Part shown: positions 20,730 through 32,383 of the stretch, piece by piece
How positions within the stretch are numbered: position 1 is the stretch's first letter
Layout: every line of letters starts with the position of its first letter
NCBI GenBank assembly: GCA_027604505.1
Contig: JADIIX010000080.1
Location: 62,001 to 101,809 of the forward strand
DNA from: Gonapodya sp. JEL0774
Lineage: Eukaryota
Direction of reading: 5' to 3'
DNA length: 39,809 nucleotides
Position numbers and translations under genes: made by a program
Notes under the pieces: model-generated
What the model saw: the letters and a program-made list of their open reading frames with translations, nothing else
Told to the model about the DNA's origin: nothing
The model's database searches: none

Positions 20730-23155
20730 ATGCCGGTAATGAGTGATCCGTTCCCCTCGGGAATAGTGTCTTTGCCTACTCCAGTGGATGATGCAGACCA
20801 AATTGTGGAGGAGAGGGCACTGGCGGGACAGTTGGGTCAGTCTCATGTCGACTACTTCTCGCATGCACTCGATGAGAGTGACCTGCAGAAAAGCTGGCGG
20901 TACGCCAATAAGCACAGGGATCAGATTTTTAACGGGAGGAGGCTCGAGGTGAGAACGGAGTAAGAGGAAGGAAACAACTCACCGTCGATGTGGTAGATAT
21001 ATGGTCGTAATCATTTTTTCCCGGGTGGTAGAACGCTTCCTGGCGTCGGTGGTTTCAGGAAAAATTTCGCCTCAGAAAATTGAACCCAGCGGACCTTAAC
21101 TGGTGCGTGATATAGCCTTCTGTCCCTTACTTGACAGCTAACCCTAGTTTGCTTCGACTTGCCCGTTTCATGATGCGCACGGTGGTCTCTGGCATGATCC
21201 CTGAACACGGGACTGAACACATGTTGGCACACATGTTGAACACGATCACCCAAAAATAACACTTCGTCGATTCAAATTCACCAAGGTCCAAAGACTCGGA
21301 TATTACTTGGCTCTACGGTCCTATATTTCTCTCCGCATCGGACCGTGCTGCCCCCCCTCTCACTCCAATCTCTCGGCCCCCGTCCGTCCTCGTTCCCTCA
21401 GATATCCATCCTGTCCGCTCCGCCGATAGTCCGCTTGTCGGCCTTAGTATTACCTCCTCCGCCAGCTCCGTGCGTGAAGGAGCAACTTCGGATGGCACAA
21501 ATCTATATCCGGCCTCTTTCACCGCTTCTTCCCGACCACCACGTGCCCCACTCAAACCCGCCCTGAAACGCCGAGACCCCGATGATATCCTTACTGTTAT
21601 CCGCCGTGAACGAGAATGGCTGACTCAGGGCACCGTTGATGGTGCCCCGTATGTCGCGTCATTGGACGAAACCAACATCCTATCAGCAAACGACCCTAAC
21701 CGTTTGGGAGTCGGCCTTATAGACGGCTCCAAACCCCGCTCTTCCTCCACATGTACACCGACGGGTCTCCAAAAGTCCCGTTCCTCCACCGATTTTTCCC
21801 GTGGGGCCAGGTCACGGTACACCTCGACCATTCCCCCTCCGGCAACTGTCACACCCACTTCCGCCGGTGCACCCTCGTCCACTCCCATGACTCTACCACC
21901 ACCGAAAACTCGAACATCCCTCCGTCGCGTTCCCAGTCTCGGCACCAGTGCGTCGGGGGCAAGCCTGTCCATGTCCGGGTCGAGCCCCAGTGGCGCTCAC
22001 CGCGTCATCAGCCTGGCATCTATGGCAGACGCTAAGTCGATGTCACTTCCCAGCTCATCGTCAGGTGGCTCGCTAGCAGGTCGGCGGAGCGTGTCCGAAG
22101 CGTCGATTGCTGAGAATGCTGCAGGCGCCGCTGCGAGGCACATCAGGTTCAGCAAGAGGGTGGAGCAGAGGATGATTTTCGACGGATTTGAGGGTGAGAG
22201 CAGGAGTGGACTTACGGATAGCAATGGCAGCAGGGGTGGCTTGAAAGAGGGAGGAGAAAGCTCAAGTCCCCAGGAAGGGAACGGTGTTGTCTCGTGGGGT
22301 GGGGAGCACGTGCTGTACTCGGAGCCCAGCACCCCTCCACATTCTACTACTGGAGGCGACTCCTCGGATGAGGATGAAGGCGTTGTGATATCGGCGCAAC
22401 CCGCCGCACACCGGCGTCGCGGGTCCGTAGGCGCCGGAAAATTACTGAAAAAGTCGGCATCCGCTCAGGATACCGTGAAAAGGGGTGGACTCGTGCCAAT
22501 TAAGGCGGCGAGGGCGGCGAGTGGTCCGGTTGTTGGGACGGTTAGTCGACCAATCGAGCCCGCAGAGTTGCGGGGTGGCACTGACATTGATGGCAGAATT
22601 GAAGTCGTGGACCCCTACGACGATGAAGATGGACTTGGAGAGTCAGGTCCTGATGCTCGTGGAGCCAGCCGGGAGGATGACCTTGAGGACAGTGAGCAGA
22701 GTGATGGAGATGAGATGGAACTGACCATAGGTGGAAGAAAGAGAGCTGGACTTGGAAATCTCGAAAGTAATCGACTCATGGGCCCTGGTACCCCACCATC
22801 TGCAGAGAGTACTTCACCGCCGTTGTCGTTTAGATCACATGGTGGCCAGGCTGTGGTGGTTGTTAGGGAGGTGATACCAGTAGATGCGATGGAAGCAGGA
22901 CCAAACGGCAACAGCAATTGCGTGGATGGCGACACTGTAGTATTTTACACAGAGAACCTGAGCAACAGTCCGATAAGCGCCGAAGATGGGCAAATAGGTG
23001 GTGGTCCCGGACTTCATTCCGATACTTCAGAGGCAACCACAGTCAAGAGCGGCATCGTGCTGCGGTATGATGCAGTGAGTTTTTGGTCCCGTGTGGTAGG
23101 CGCTGTCTGGCAGCTTTGGGATGTGGTTGCATGGGTGTTTCGGCCGTGGGTGTGA
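20730..23155 (+). CDS. REG1: Reg1-like regulatory subunit of protein phosphatase 1 (Glc7), glucose-repression regulator; 3 exons
   Basis: Spliced N-terminal block VDYFSHALDESDLQKSWRY...NGRRLE|NASWRRWFQEKFRLRKLNPADLNW|SKDSDITWLYGP (DUF1752/Reg1 signature), LKPALK, and the PP1-docking RHIRFSKRVEQ, which matches yeast Reg1 RHIHFNDRVEQ. Confidence 0.85.
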
Positions 23156-23371
23156 CCCCAGAAGGACCGACGTGGCCGGCTATCGTACAGATTTCATTTT
23201 GTTGTAAGGATTCTGATTTTGTTGTCTGATGTTTGCACATGTTAACTTGCCGTGGGACGGAGGTCGGAGTGGCGTGGGATCTTGGGGTTGGACATTAGTG
23301 TACAGACTAAAACAAAAAGTGATGAGGGAAGCACGATGTAATCATTCAATTCTGCACAGTTCTCGGGTGTC

Positions 23372-23374
23372 GTG

Positions 23375-23405
<31 letters not shown>
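23372..23405 (+). repeat. Compound microsatellite (GT)9 followed by poly-T
   Basis: gtgtgtgtgtgtgtgtgt followed by 16 further T, located between the REG1-like and ELMOD genes. Confidence 0.9.
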
Positions 23406-23534
23406 GCTTTTGTTTTTGTGAAAGGGATGCACGCCAAGGGCCTGAGAGGGACGTCGGCTCCTGCATATAAAACAACGTTTGACGTTTACAATATCTAACT
23501 AAAGCGGACTCTCCTACTCCATCTGGAGGGCCTT

Positions 23535-24858
23535 ATGTACCGTCTAAAGCGCTTGCTTGCTATCATGCAGAGAATTCTACGAAGACTCTTCGGTATTGTA
23601 GGTGTTGCCCAGCTGACCTTCCCCCCACTGTTTTTCAACCAATCCCACAAAACTTGCAGCTCACAGGAAAATCCCGTCTTCGTCGTCTCTGCGCTGCTGG
23701 CTTACTTGTAGACGGTGAGGCCCATGTGGACACCGTTGTTGCAGTGGAGACTGCAGTCAGCGAGTCTCGGGTGTTGAAACCAGAGTACGAGCGATTGAGG
23801 AAAGGGAGAATGGAGAGAAGGGAAGTCGAAGCGGTGATAAGAGCTGTTGCGGAAAAGAAAGGCTTTGGAGATGGTGCAGGAAAGTGTGTGCTCGTCCTTT
23901 ACGGTGGTATACGAGTTCATGTTGACAGGTCCCGGCTTCGTATGTAAAGCACCCACGCCTCGACAGTACTCCGGACATCTCTCCTCGCTATTTCTCGCGC
24001 GTACATTGTTACAGGCTCACTCGACGACCTTGCAGCTACCACGTATAATAATGATAAACACTGGGGCATGCTAGTCGAGGTATTATTTCACGCCCGATTG
24101 TCCCTTGAACAATCTCTAATGCGATAACGGCCGTGCTTCTTAGCTCTACACCACTCTCCTCCCCACACTTCCTTCTCCACCGAGATTTGGGGACCATTGG
24201 AGTGCAGTTGGGTTTCAGGGAAAGGACCCCGTAACCGATTTTCGGGGCATGGGCGTGCTTGCATTGAGTGACGCGGTGTACTTTGCGCGAGAGCACGGTG
24301 ATATGGCGCGGAGAGGGGTGGGAGAGAGTAATGTGGAGGGCAGCTGGTGAGTGCGTTCGGTGCAAGTGGTGAGATTAGGAGCATTGAGGGATAAGGGACT
24401 TTGAAGCCGGAACAAGTTCTTAAGAGCACTGGGAATACTGTCAGCAGGGTGTAACAACTGAGGACCGTAGCTCACGCTTTCTCATTTTCTTTCCTCGCCA
24501 CCTTCGCGCCAGGTTCCCGTTTGCTGCCACCGGAATCAATGTAACGCTTTTCGCTCTCTCTTGTGCCCGAAAGGGTCAGCTTCAACGGTTATTCTACACC
24601 TATGGTACCACGGTGGAGACGTACCAGGAGTTTTACTCTTACGTATTCGCGGCATTTTTGAAGGCATGGAGGTCTGAGGTAGAACGAACTGAAGGAAAGC
24701 TCACCGTTCTCGATTTTCCTAGGGTGTTCGGTGATGTGAGAGCAGGCGTGGAAAGGGAGCTTCAGGATGGAAAAGGATGTGTGTTGGACGTGGCAGGTGG
24801 AGCACGCGACGGAGGAAAGAGAGATAAGGGGAGAGAAGAAAGTGAGACGACACTGTAA
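23535..24858 (+). CDS. ELMOD: ELMO/CED-12 domain protein (ELMOD family, ARF/ARL GAP-like); 5 exons
   Basis: MYRLKRLLAIMQRILRRLFGI|LTGKSRLRRLC (compare ELMOD TGKCELQRI), signature HWSAVGFQGKDPVTDFRGMGVLAL, W|FPFAATGINVT and FYSYVFAAFLKAW...LDFPRV. Stop at 24858. Confidence 0.9.
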
Positions 24859-26483
24859 CAACGCTCCACTGTGGCGGGGCCGTTGTGGTGGATACGGTTC
24901 CGGTAAGGCGGAATGTTTGCGTGGAGTCGGAGTGTCAGAAGCTTTCTATCCTGGCCAGTGACGCTGTTCGCACGGCCCAACACTGTTGTTATTGAAGGTA
25001 ATGGTCGTGCGAACTGGACATTTGGTTACATGGAGCGCTTTCCACGATGCGGGCACGCGGAACAGCGACATGACATTGCACAGGGTATTTTGGATTAAGG
25101 AACATTGCTACAACGTAATCACCAAGTTAATATTTTGGATAAATCCCCACGAGTAATTCTAGAGGGTTTGTCACGGAGTTTCGTTTCAATCATTCATTCA
25201 TAATATCTACCTTGTTTTGCTAATTGGGAATTTATATATAGAACTAACAATAATGAAATCTTTGATGTCAATGTTCTCTTCATTGCAAGAAACTCAAGCA
25301 AGCAGGACCGGATGTGGAAGACGACTTTCAGACTGATCTGAGACTTCTCAAAGCAAAGATATTGGGACTCAATTGGCTAAATTGTATATCTGTTGAGCAT
25401 GGCGTTGCGTACGGACAGGTGAGACCAGTGACAGGTGGGGGGTAGTGATAGGTATGGATGGTGCGGCATCAGAGGTTTGACGTCACTGGTGATCCTCATC
25501 CGTCGAAACCAAAAGAGGGGAAGGAAACAACCGCGGGAATCGCAATTGCACAAGCTCCCTCTGTCATTCAGGAAGATTTTGTGGCAGGAGTTGATAAGGG
25601 GGACAACGAAATAGTGGAGATGCTGTCAGATCTCGTAATGTGACATCCGTGCAGACGAGACTTTCCATTCCTGAGGAACGGTATTTCACCGTGACTCGAT
25701 CATTGTATTGAGACACTGCCAGAGGGATTGGTTGAGATCGACGGCGTAGCAGAAAGTTGACTTGTCGAATTCAATATTGGGACTTCGTGCATTTCTTCAT
25801 CATTGTAACAAGTTAGTTCAGTTGACGGTTGTGGGTTGTGACGCAGTACGTATCCGAAAGCAACAAACAAAAAACAACGCGCTCACCATGTGCGACACCT
25901 CAACAAGTTGAACATAAACGTACAACCAGCGTCGCTATCGCCCTCCACTCTAAGCTCCTCCTCTTCTCACTAACACCAACACCCCAGAAGCTCGTCGCCT
26001 TTGATTCCGGTCCCAACCCTCATGCCGATCGTGGGAGCTCAAATTTGTACCGCACTTGGTGAGGCGATGTGTAGGTGATGTTATTTTTGGGTTGTGGGTT
26101 GTGGGCTTCAGTGAGGGGATTTTCAAACCCATCCATTAATTCCACCGACCACCTGAGACCTTCGTTCTTTTTGTAAGTCCAAAGTAGACTGCTTGGGTAG
26201 CTTACTTGATTTAATTTGTACTGGCCTGACTGGTTTTGAAGGTTGGGGATTGTGATTCGTCTCAAAGCATCACTGGAGGGATACCAGATTTCCCGATCTG
26301 GGCCGATTTGGAACTGACCACGCCGATAACACATTACATCCACATTGGAGCGCCATCTGAGCACCATAGACATATAGATCGATTACAATAGACCATTTTT
26401 GCGCTATCATGTCAGTCACATAAAACCCACTGCCGGTTGACCACAGCGAGGGGAAGCTTCCAGCCACCAACATCAATTCCAAA

Positions 26484-29400
26484 ATGGAAGGGGATGGGGT
26501 GCTTCCTGCGGCGAATCTGGCCGCATTGGCCGCCGATCCGATGGCAGACACGTCTGGAGTGGCTGCGGTATCCGCGGCAACGGCGTTGAGTGCCCGAGAA
26601 GCTGAAACCCTTCTCGCGGAGTGCAGCGTTGACGTGGTGGTGCCCGCGACAGACGCTGCATTCAATTTAACGTACGGAGAAACCCCAAATGAGAGTGCTA
26701 TGGATGCTGCTCGGCAGATTATTTTGGCTGGGCAGAGATCTTACGCTCTGTGTGGTAAGTGAATTGATGGAGTTGGGCATACGGCGAGACTGAAATGCAC
26801 GCAAGTTCGATCATGGATTTGTGCATTTCAGTGCTTTAGTCTTCAATACGCCTGTCCTGTTTCCTTGCTCACAATAACACTTGTGCACTCGCAGACGAAA
26901 CCGTTCACTTTGCGGTCCTGTTCAGACTTGCTCCTCACCTAGCCCATTTGGTGCATGGCCTTATTGAATGGATTGATCTTTCAGTATCGGCGTCTGTGTC
27001 GGAGCAGCGTGCGCGACTTCCCAGGGAGGGCTCAATGTCCTCAAAAGGCGTTGCTGGTGGGGTGAGTGGTCAGTAGAGAGGTGAGATGACTTGGCGAGGC
27101 GTTCGAAGTGATCGGAGGATGAGCTTTGGGCCTCAAAGATGGTACAGGGATCGTGGACGGCGACTTACCCTCTGAAAGTCCAGTCTACCGCTGACTTCCT
27201 CCACAAATTTTCGAGGCTGTCTCACCAGTTTGTTCCGCTCCCCCCAGTATCCACCGGTGCCCACCATAACTACTTCCATGTACCCTGGCGATCCTACAAC
27301 CAACGTCTCCCGCAACTCTCGTAGCCTTCCCCCCATCGCTGCACCTACTGTAACCTCTAATCTCCCCTCCTCCCTTAGCCCCCGCTCACCCCACCCCCAC
27401 CGCCCCATATCCCCTAGTGGCCCTCCTTCATCCTCACCATTTTCGTCCCGCCCAACGTCCCGCCGAAAATCTCCCTCCCCTGCCCGAGGAGACCGCGACC
27501 GAGTAGCTCGCCCTTCTGCCTCGCTTTCCTCGTCCACGCCTCGCTCCACAAACACCACGGGGGGTACGTCCTCAATAGTTCGCAGGGATTCGCTCGGGTC
27601 GGGCCTCACCTCCGTGACTAGCCTGGCTCCCGGTGGTGTTGGCAGTGCCAATACGTCATCCAGTGGAGGGGTTGCCGGTCCCCCTGCCAACCAACCTTTG
27701 TCAGGGTCCACATCGCCACAAATTGGAACTGCCCTATTGTATGATAGGCCCGAAAGAGAAGACGTAGTCTTTGCTTACACTTGGGACCCCAAGTCCAAGG
27801 GTATGTGGGCGTGTGTGAATGTGGAGGAGGGGTGGGCAGTAGTGCAGGGGAAAGTGGCTGTTGGTGAGTTGTGTATGGCAGTTGTAAGATCAGGGGAATG
27901 TTGGTCACGAAAGGTTCTACCAATGACGTTTCGAAACGATGTGCCCTACAACGTTTAATGTCCGTTCATGCATGCGACTCATCCTGTTAATTCACCGTGG
28001 CAGTCTTGCCCCCGACCCGCCTTCCTCGTCCCGCGTACGTACACCACCTGACGCTATCCTGCGTGGCCTCCGTCCGCCAAGACGCTCGTGAAACCCTCGA
28101 CGCGTCCGCTGCACGCCTTGGGTTCGCTCCAGGCTGGACACTCGATGAGATGGCAAATTTGCTGGAAGGGGTTGGTGGGGGTGAGTGTGGGAGTCTCGGA
28201 AGGGTCTCGGCCGCAAAATGTGCGAATCCTAATAGCACATGATCGTTTATGTTCACCAGACCCATTCTTCCCCATTCCTCCATCCCACCCTGTGCGCCTG
28301 CCCACCGCCAATTCTAGCGCCACAAACACTTCCCAACTGCCTGTCATCCCGCCCCTTCTCCCTCCTCACCCAACTCGCCGACCTGCCTCCCGCACTCTTC
28401 CTCTCATCCCTGCTCTCTCCATCCGCGCCACCCTTTTGCCGTCCGCTGTTTCCCCGGACCCTTCGAGGTTCCTCGTGACCCTGGAAACATCACCAGGGGG
28501 ACGATGGGGGTGTAAGCTCGATGGAATCGAGGTTGATGTGGACGGCGTGAGGGCGCGAAAAATGAATGGCCCTGCTAATGATGAGGTGGAAGGAGGGCAA
28601 GTGGGGAAGAAGCTGATGAGGCACGGTGATTTGCTTTGTGAGGTGTACGACGTTGTGAAGGCAAACGGGGTACATGGGGGCATATTGGGTGGGGCGGTAG
28701 GTGCCGTGGATACGACTGTGAGGGTCACAGCATGGTGTGTGCCGGAGCTGCCGGGGACCAGGAGACAGGTTGTCAAGGGGAGATGGGTATGGAGCTTGTC
28801 GGGACAAGGCTTTCCGAGGCGGGTAGAACCTGTGCAGGCGGTGGGGAGTAGGCAAGGTCCGGAGGAGGACGATAACTCGGCAGGCGGGGGATTGGAAGTG
28901 ACCTTTGTGGGTGCGTTGTCCGCAGTTGTATGGGTCTGGTGCAACGCACTGGTCGCTTTGGCTGACGATTTCTATCATATTCAAGTTCCTGTAATCCCCA
29001 CTCTGCGCCGTATCTTCCGTCTCGAGGTGACTCTGGTGAACCGAACTGGACGTGTCCGTTCCTTGATATTGCGGGTTCCACCAGCTGGGAGGACTGGATC
29101 GGGAGACGGGTCGGGGATCAAGAAGCAACAGGGAACTTCAGCCAAAAGCGTGGCAGAAGATGTGCCTCTTGGGGTTATGGGGGAGTTCGGTAGGTTCTTT
29201 TCAGAGGACATAGTGAGCGAAGATTCCGGTTAACATTATTGCACGACTTTCCCCTTTCTCCTGGGAAATACTTTCAATGTGCGTTCTGCCGCTGAAAGAA
29301 TTTCTGGCACTTTGGACGGAGAAGGAACGGAGAGACGCGAGCCTGGTGTGTCTCGAGAACGACGTGCAATTAGGGTAAGTCCTCGCACTCAGTTTTGGAC

Positions 29401-29621
29401 CGTCCCACAGTTTCCCGGCTGCCGACCAGTCGGTCTCGCTAATTATCGCGCACATTCCTCATAGGCACTTGCCTGCCAATGCTGTACGGCAACTCTCGCT
29501 TCACTTTTTGCCTCTCAAGGCAGGGGCCCAATCACTGGGACCGTTTCAACTTCTGGATGAAGAAAGTGGGGAAATTGTGTGGGTTAAGGATGTGATTGGA
29601 GTGCTTGTTAGGGACAAATAA
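26484..29621 (+). CDS. TRS65: TRAPP II complex subunit Trs65-like protein, multi-exon
   Basis: N-terminal CSVDVVVP...QRSYALC|DETVHFAVL. C-terminal IFRLEVTLVNRT and ASLVCLENDVQLG|HLPANAVRQLSLHFLPLKAGAQSLGPFQLLDE, resembling the fungal Trs65 C-terminal domain. TAA 29619-29621. Internal exon boundaries are approximate. Confidence 0.7.
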
Positions 29622-29931
29622 GAATTGATTGGCGGACATGGGCTGCATCGCCCCAACCTCCACCGATGAAATTGTATATGTATTTGGCCCCCATTGCATC
29701 AGTCCAGATGAATTGTTCTCTGTTAACTGCGACGTCATCTTTACGACAAGTGGCGAATCGATCGCTAAAGCGACTTCCCGAATGCGGCAGCTCTTCATCG
29801 GGACGAAGACTGTCTGCGCTGAGCAGCAGTGTGAGTTCCAACTGCAATCACGACCCCACTCCAAAGCTGATATCCGTCAAGTATGCATGAAAATAATCTG
29901 AACTCGTGTCCTGAAACAACCAAAGGGCCAT

Positions 29932-31570
29932 TTGGAACAAATCCTCCCAAAGAAACGATCCACCACCAGCTTGAATCATTGTTACCGGCCATTGTCGTTC
30001 ATCGATTTCCGCTCGGACACTGCAACCCACCCTGACCCTCAAATGTTAGCCTCGATGGCGTCTTCTTCGTTTGGGGACGACATGCACGCTGAGGACGAGG
30101 ACACGAACCTGCTGGAACGGACAGTGGCTGATCTCGTGGGGAAGGACGCAGCATGTTTGGTGGTGTCGGGAACCATGGCGAACCAGCTTGCTGTGGCAGC
30201 GCACTTGGTGCCGTGGGGGAGACTACCGGCAACAGTAGTGGCGGATGCGAGGAGTCACCTTTGGACTTGGGAGGCGGGGGGTGTTGCATTTCTCTCTGGT
30301 TAATAGCTGCGTTTGACTCTGGAGACGACAGACATCTCACAACTATTCTCCATCCAGGAGCAACCGTGATTCCCGTCGTCCCATCGACCGCTTCCGACTC
30401 TGTGCGGTGGTCTCACCTGGACGCACAGGAAGTATCAAGGGCATTGATACGTGACGAAGTGGATACCCATGTTGCTCCAACGAGACTCGTGTGTCTGGAG
30501 AATACACTGGACGGCACTGTGAGTTGTCTTCTGAATTGCTATGTTTAACCACGTCACTCATCAATGTCTCCTCAGATCCACCCCCTCCCCTCCATCCGCC
30601 GCATCCGTGAACTCACCTCTTCCACCACTCTCCCGCGCACTACCTCCCATCCCTTCCCCCACATGCCTCTCCACCTCGACGGTGCGCGCCTTTGGAATGC
30701 CGCCGTGACCGTGTCCAGCCGCGAGATGAACGTCGGGAAGGGTCATAGAGCAAATATCGTGGGATCTGGGGCGAGGATGGAAAAACTTAAAGGTGCAATG
30801 CGGGATTACGGGGTGTTGGTGGACAGTGTCGGATTGTGCTTCTCCAAAGGTGTGAATGATTCGTCGTTACAAACGACAATGGAATCTGCGCTCTTGTATC
30901 CTCGTGCCATATGGTGATATCGTTCCATCACCAATGCGACTGGCAGGCCTCGGTGCACCCATCGGCTCCGTCCTTGCCGGGTCAGAGGAGTTCATCTCGC
31001 GTGCCCGCAGACTTAGGAAAGTTATGGGTGGCAGGTTAGTCACCTTCACATCCTGTCGCGTCGTCGATGCACACTCCCTGGACCTTGACTCTCTCTCTTT
31101 CTTCTCGCGCGCACTCGCCAATTCGCCGTCTCACACAAAGCTGGCGACAGTCGGGACCTCTCGCGGCAGCATGCCTCCATGCACTCACACATAATCTCCC
31201 AGATCTTCACTTTGACCATTTTGCCGCCGCATCCATGACTGCTCAGCTCGCGTCCCTTGACAACCTCGTTCGCATAGCCGCACCGACCGAGACAAACATG
31301 GTATGGGTAGACCTGGGATTGTTGCTCAGTGCTGCGAACAAGCTTGCAGGTGTGGCATCGACTGGTGTTGGGGGAGCAGTGGTTGAGAGGAAGGCGGTGA
31401 CAGTCGACTCCTTGGTTGAACATTTGTGGGAGACCAAGAAAATAAAAGTGGGAACGGGGTATGGGGACAAAGGTGAAGTGGTGAGATTGGTGGTGCATAA
31501 ACAGAATAGGGAATCGGTGGGTGATTTAGTTGAGGGATTTAAAGAATGGGCGGAGAAGGTAGTGAGATGA
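29932..31570 (+). CDS. GLY1: Low-specificity L-threonine aldolase (PLP-dependent); start codon not resolved (upstream of 29932)
   Basis: [46 protein letters not shown] lysine in [36 protein letters not shown]. Stop at 31570. Confidence 0.92.
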
Positions 31571-32383
31571 GTTAGTGGATTGGAACGTGCAATTGCACCC
31601 ATCAACCATTTCCTGCTGAGCACCCCACAAAGGTTCCGGACTTTGTTCCTGTGATGATACAAACCTCACCTACTGTGATTATGTACCGGACCCATATGAA
31701 GTTTGGGACTAGCCTAATAAGAAAAAAATTATACACACATTCGCCGTAAATTCAATGTACAAGTCTAGCATCTGTTACCTGTCATTCTGTTCACCGGCTG
31801 GTGGATTTGCAAGTGTTTCCCGTGTCAGAATCCCACCGCACACTTACTTCTGGAACAATTCATTGAGCTCATTTCGGACCGCGAACTGGAATCATCACAT
31901 GCCATTCCAACATCATACAAGTTCACGCCAAAGCACCTAAATTAGTAAAAGTGGGTCCATCACCAACCCATTTCGAAAACATAATCTAACGGGGCCACGT
32001 AAGGTAAATCGTTTGGAAGTAAATGGTGAGGAGGGTTTAGGGGCATTAAAAGGAAAAGGGCGGTGGCGGGAGTGGTGCTTGGGTGCCAAATGTACACGGG
32101 TGCGCGATGACTCCAACGCGCGGAGTTCGGTAGCCCAGAGCGATGAGACAGGGAACGGAAGTCACCATAGGAAGATGCCAAACATGGACAGCCGCCCCGC
32201 GATTGCAAAAGGAAAAGTTGCGATGCCAACCTCAAACCACTCATGCAGGTTGCATCTTCTGTTGCATCTCCCAAGTGCCGACTCCATATCCGGAATTGCT
32301 CAAGTTGACTTGCAAGAGCTATCAATCACACCACCGACACTAATCGACCCCACTTCCTCTAACACCACAACTCGCCTACACCG

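Noticed and set aside
23535..29621. ELMOD plus TRS65 as a membrane-trafficking gene cluster
   Set aside because: Both are housekeeping trafficking genes about 1.6 kb apart; adjacency alone is not evidence without synteny data.
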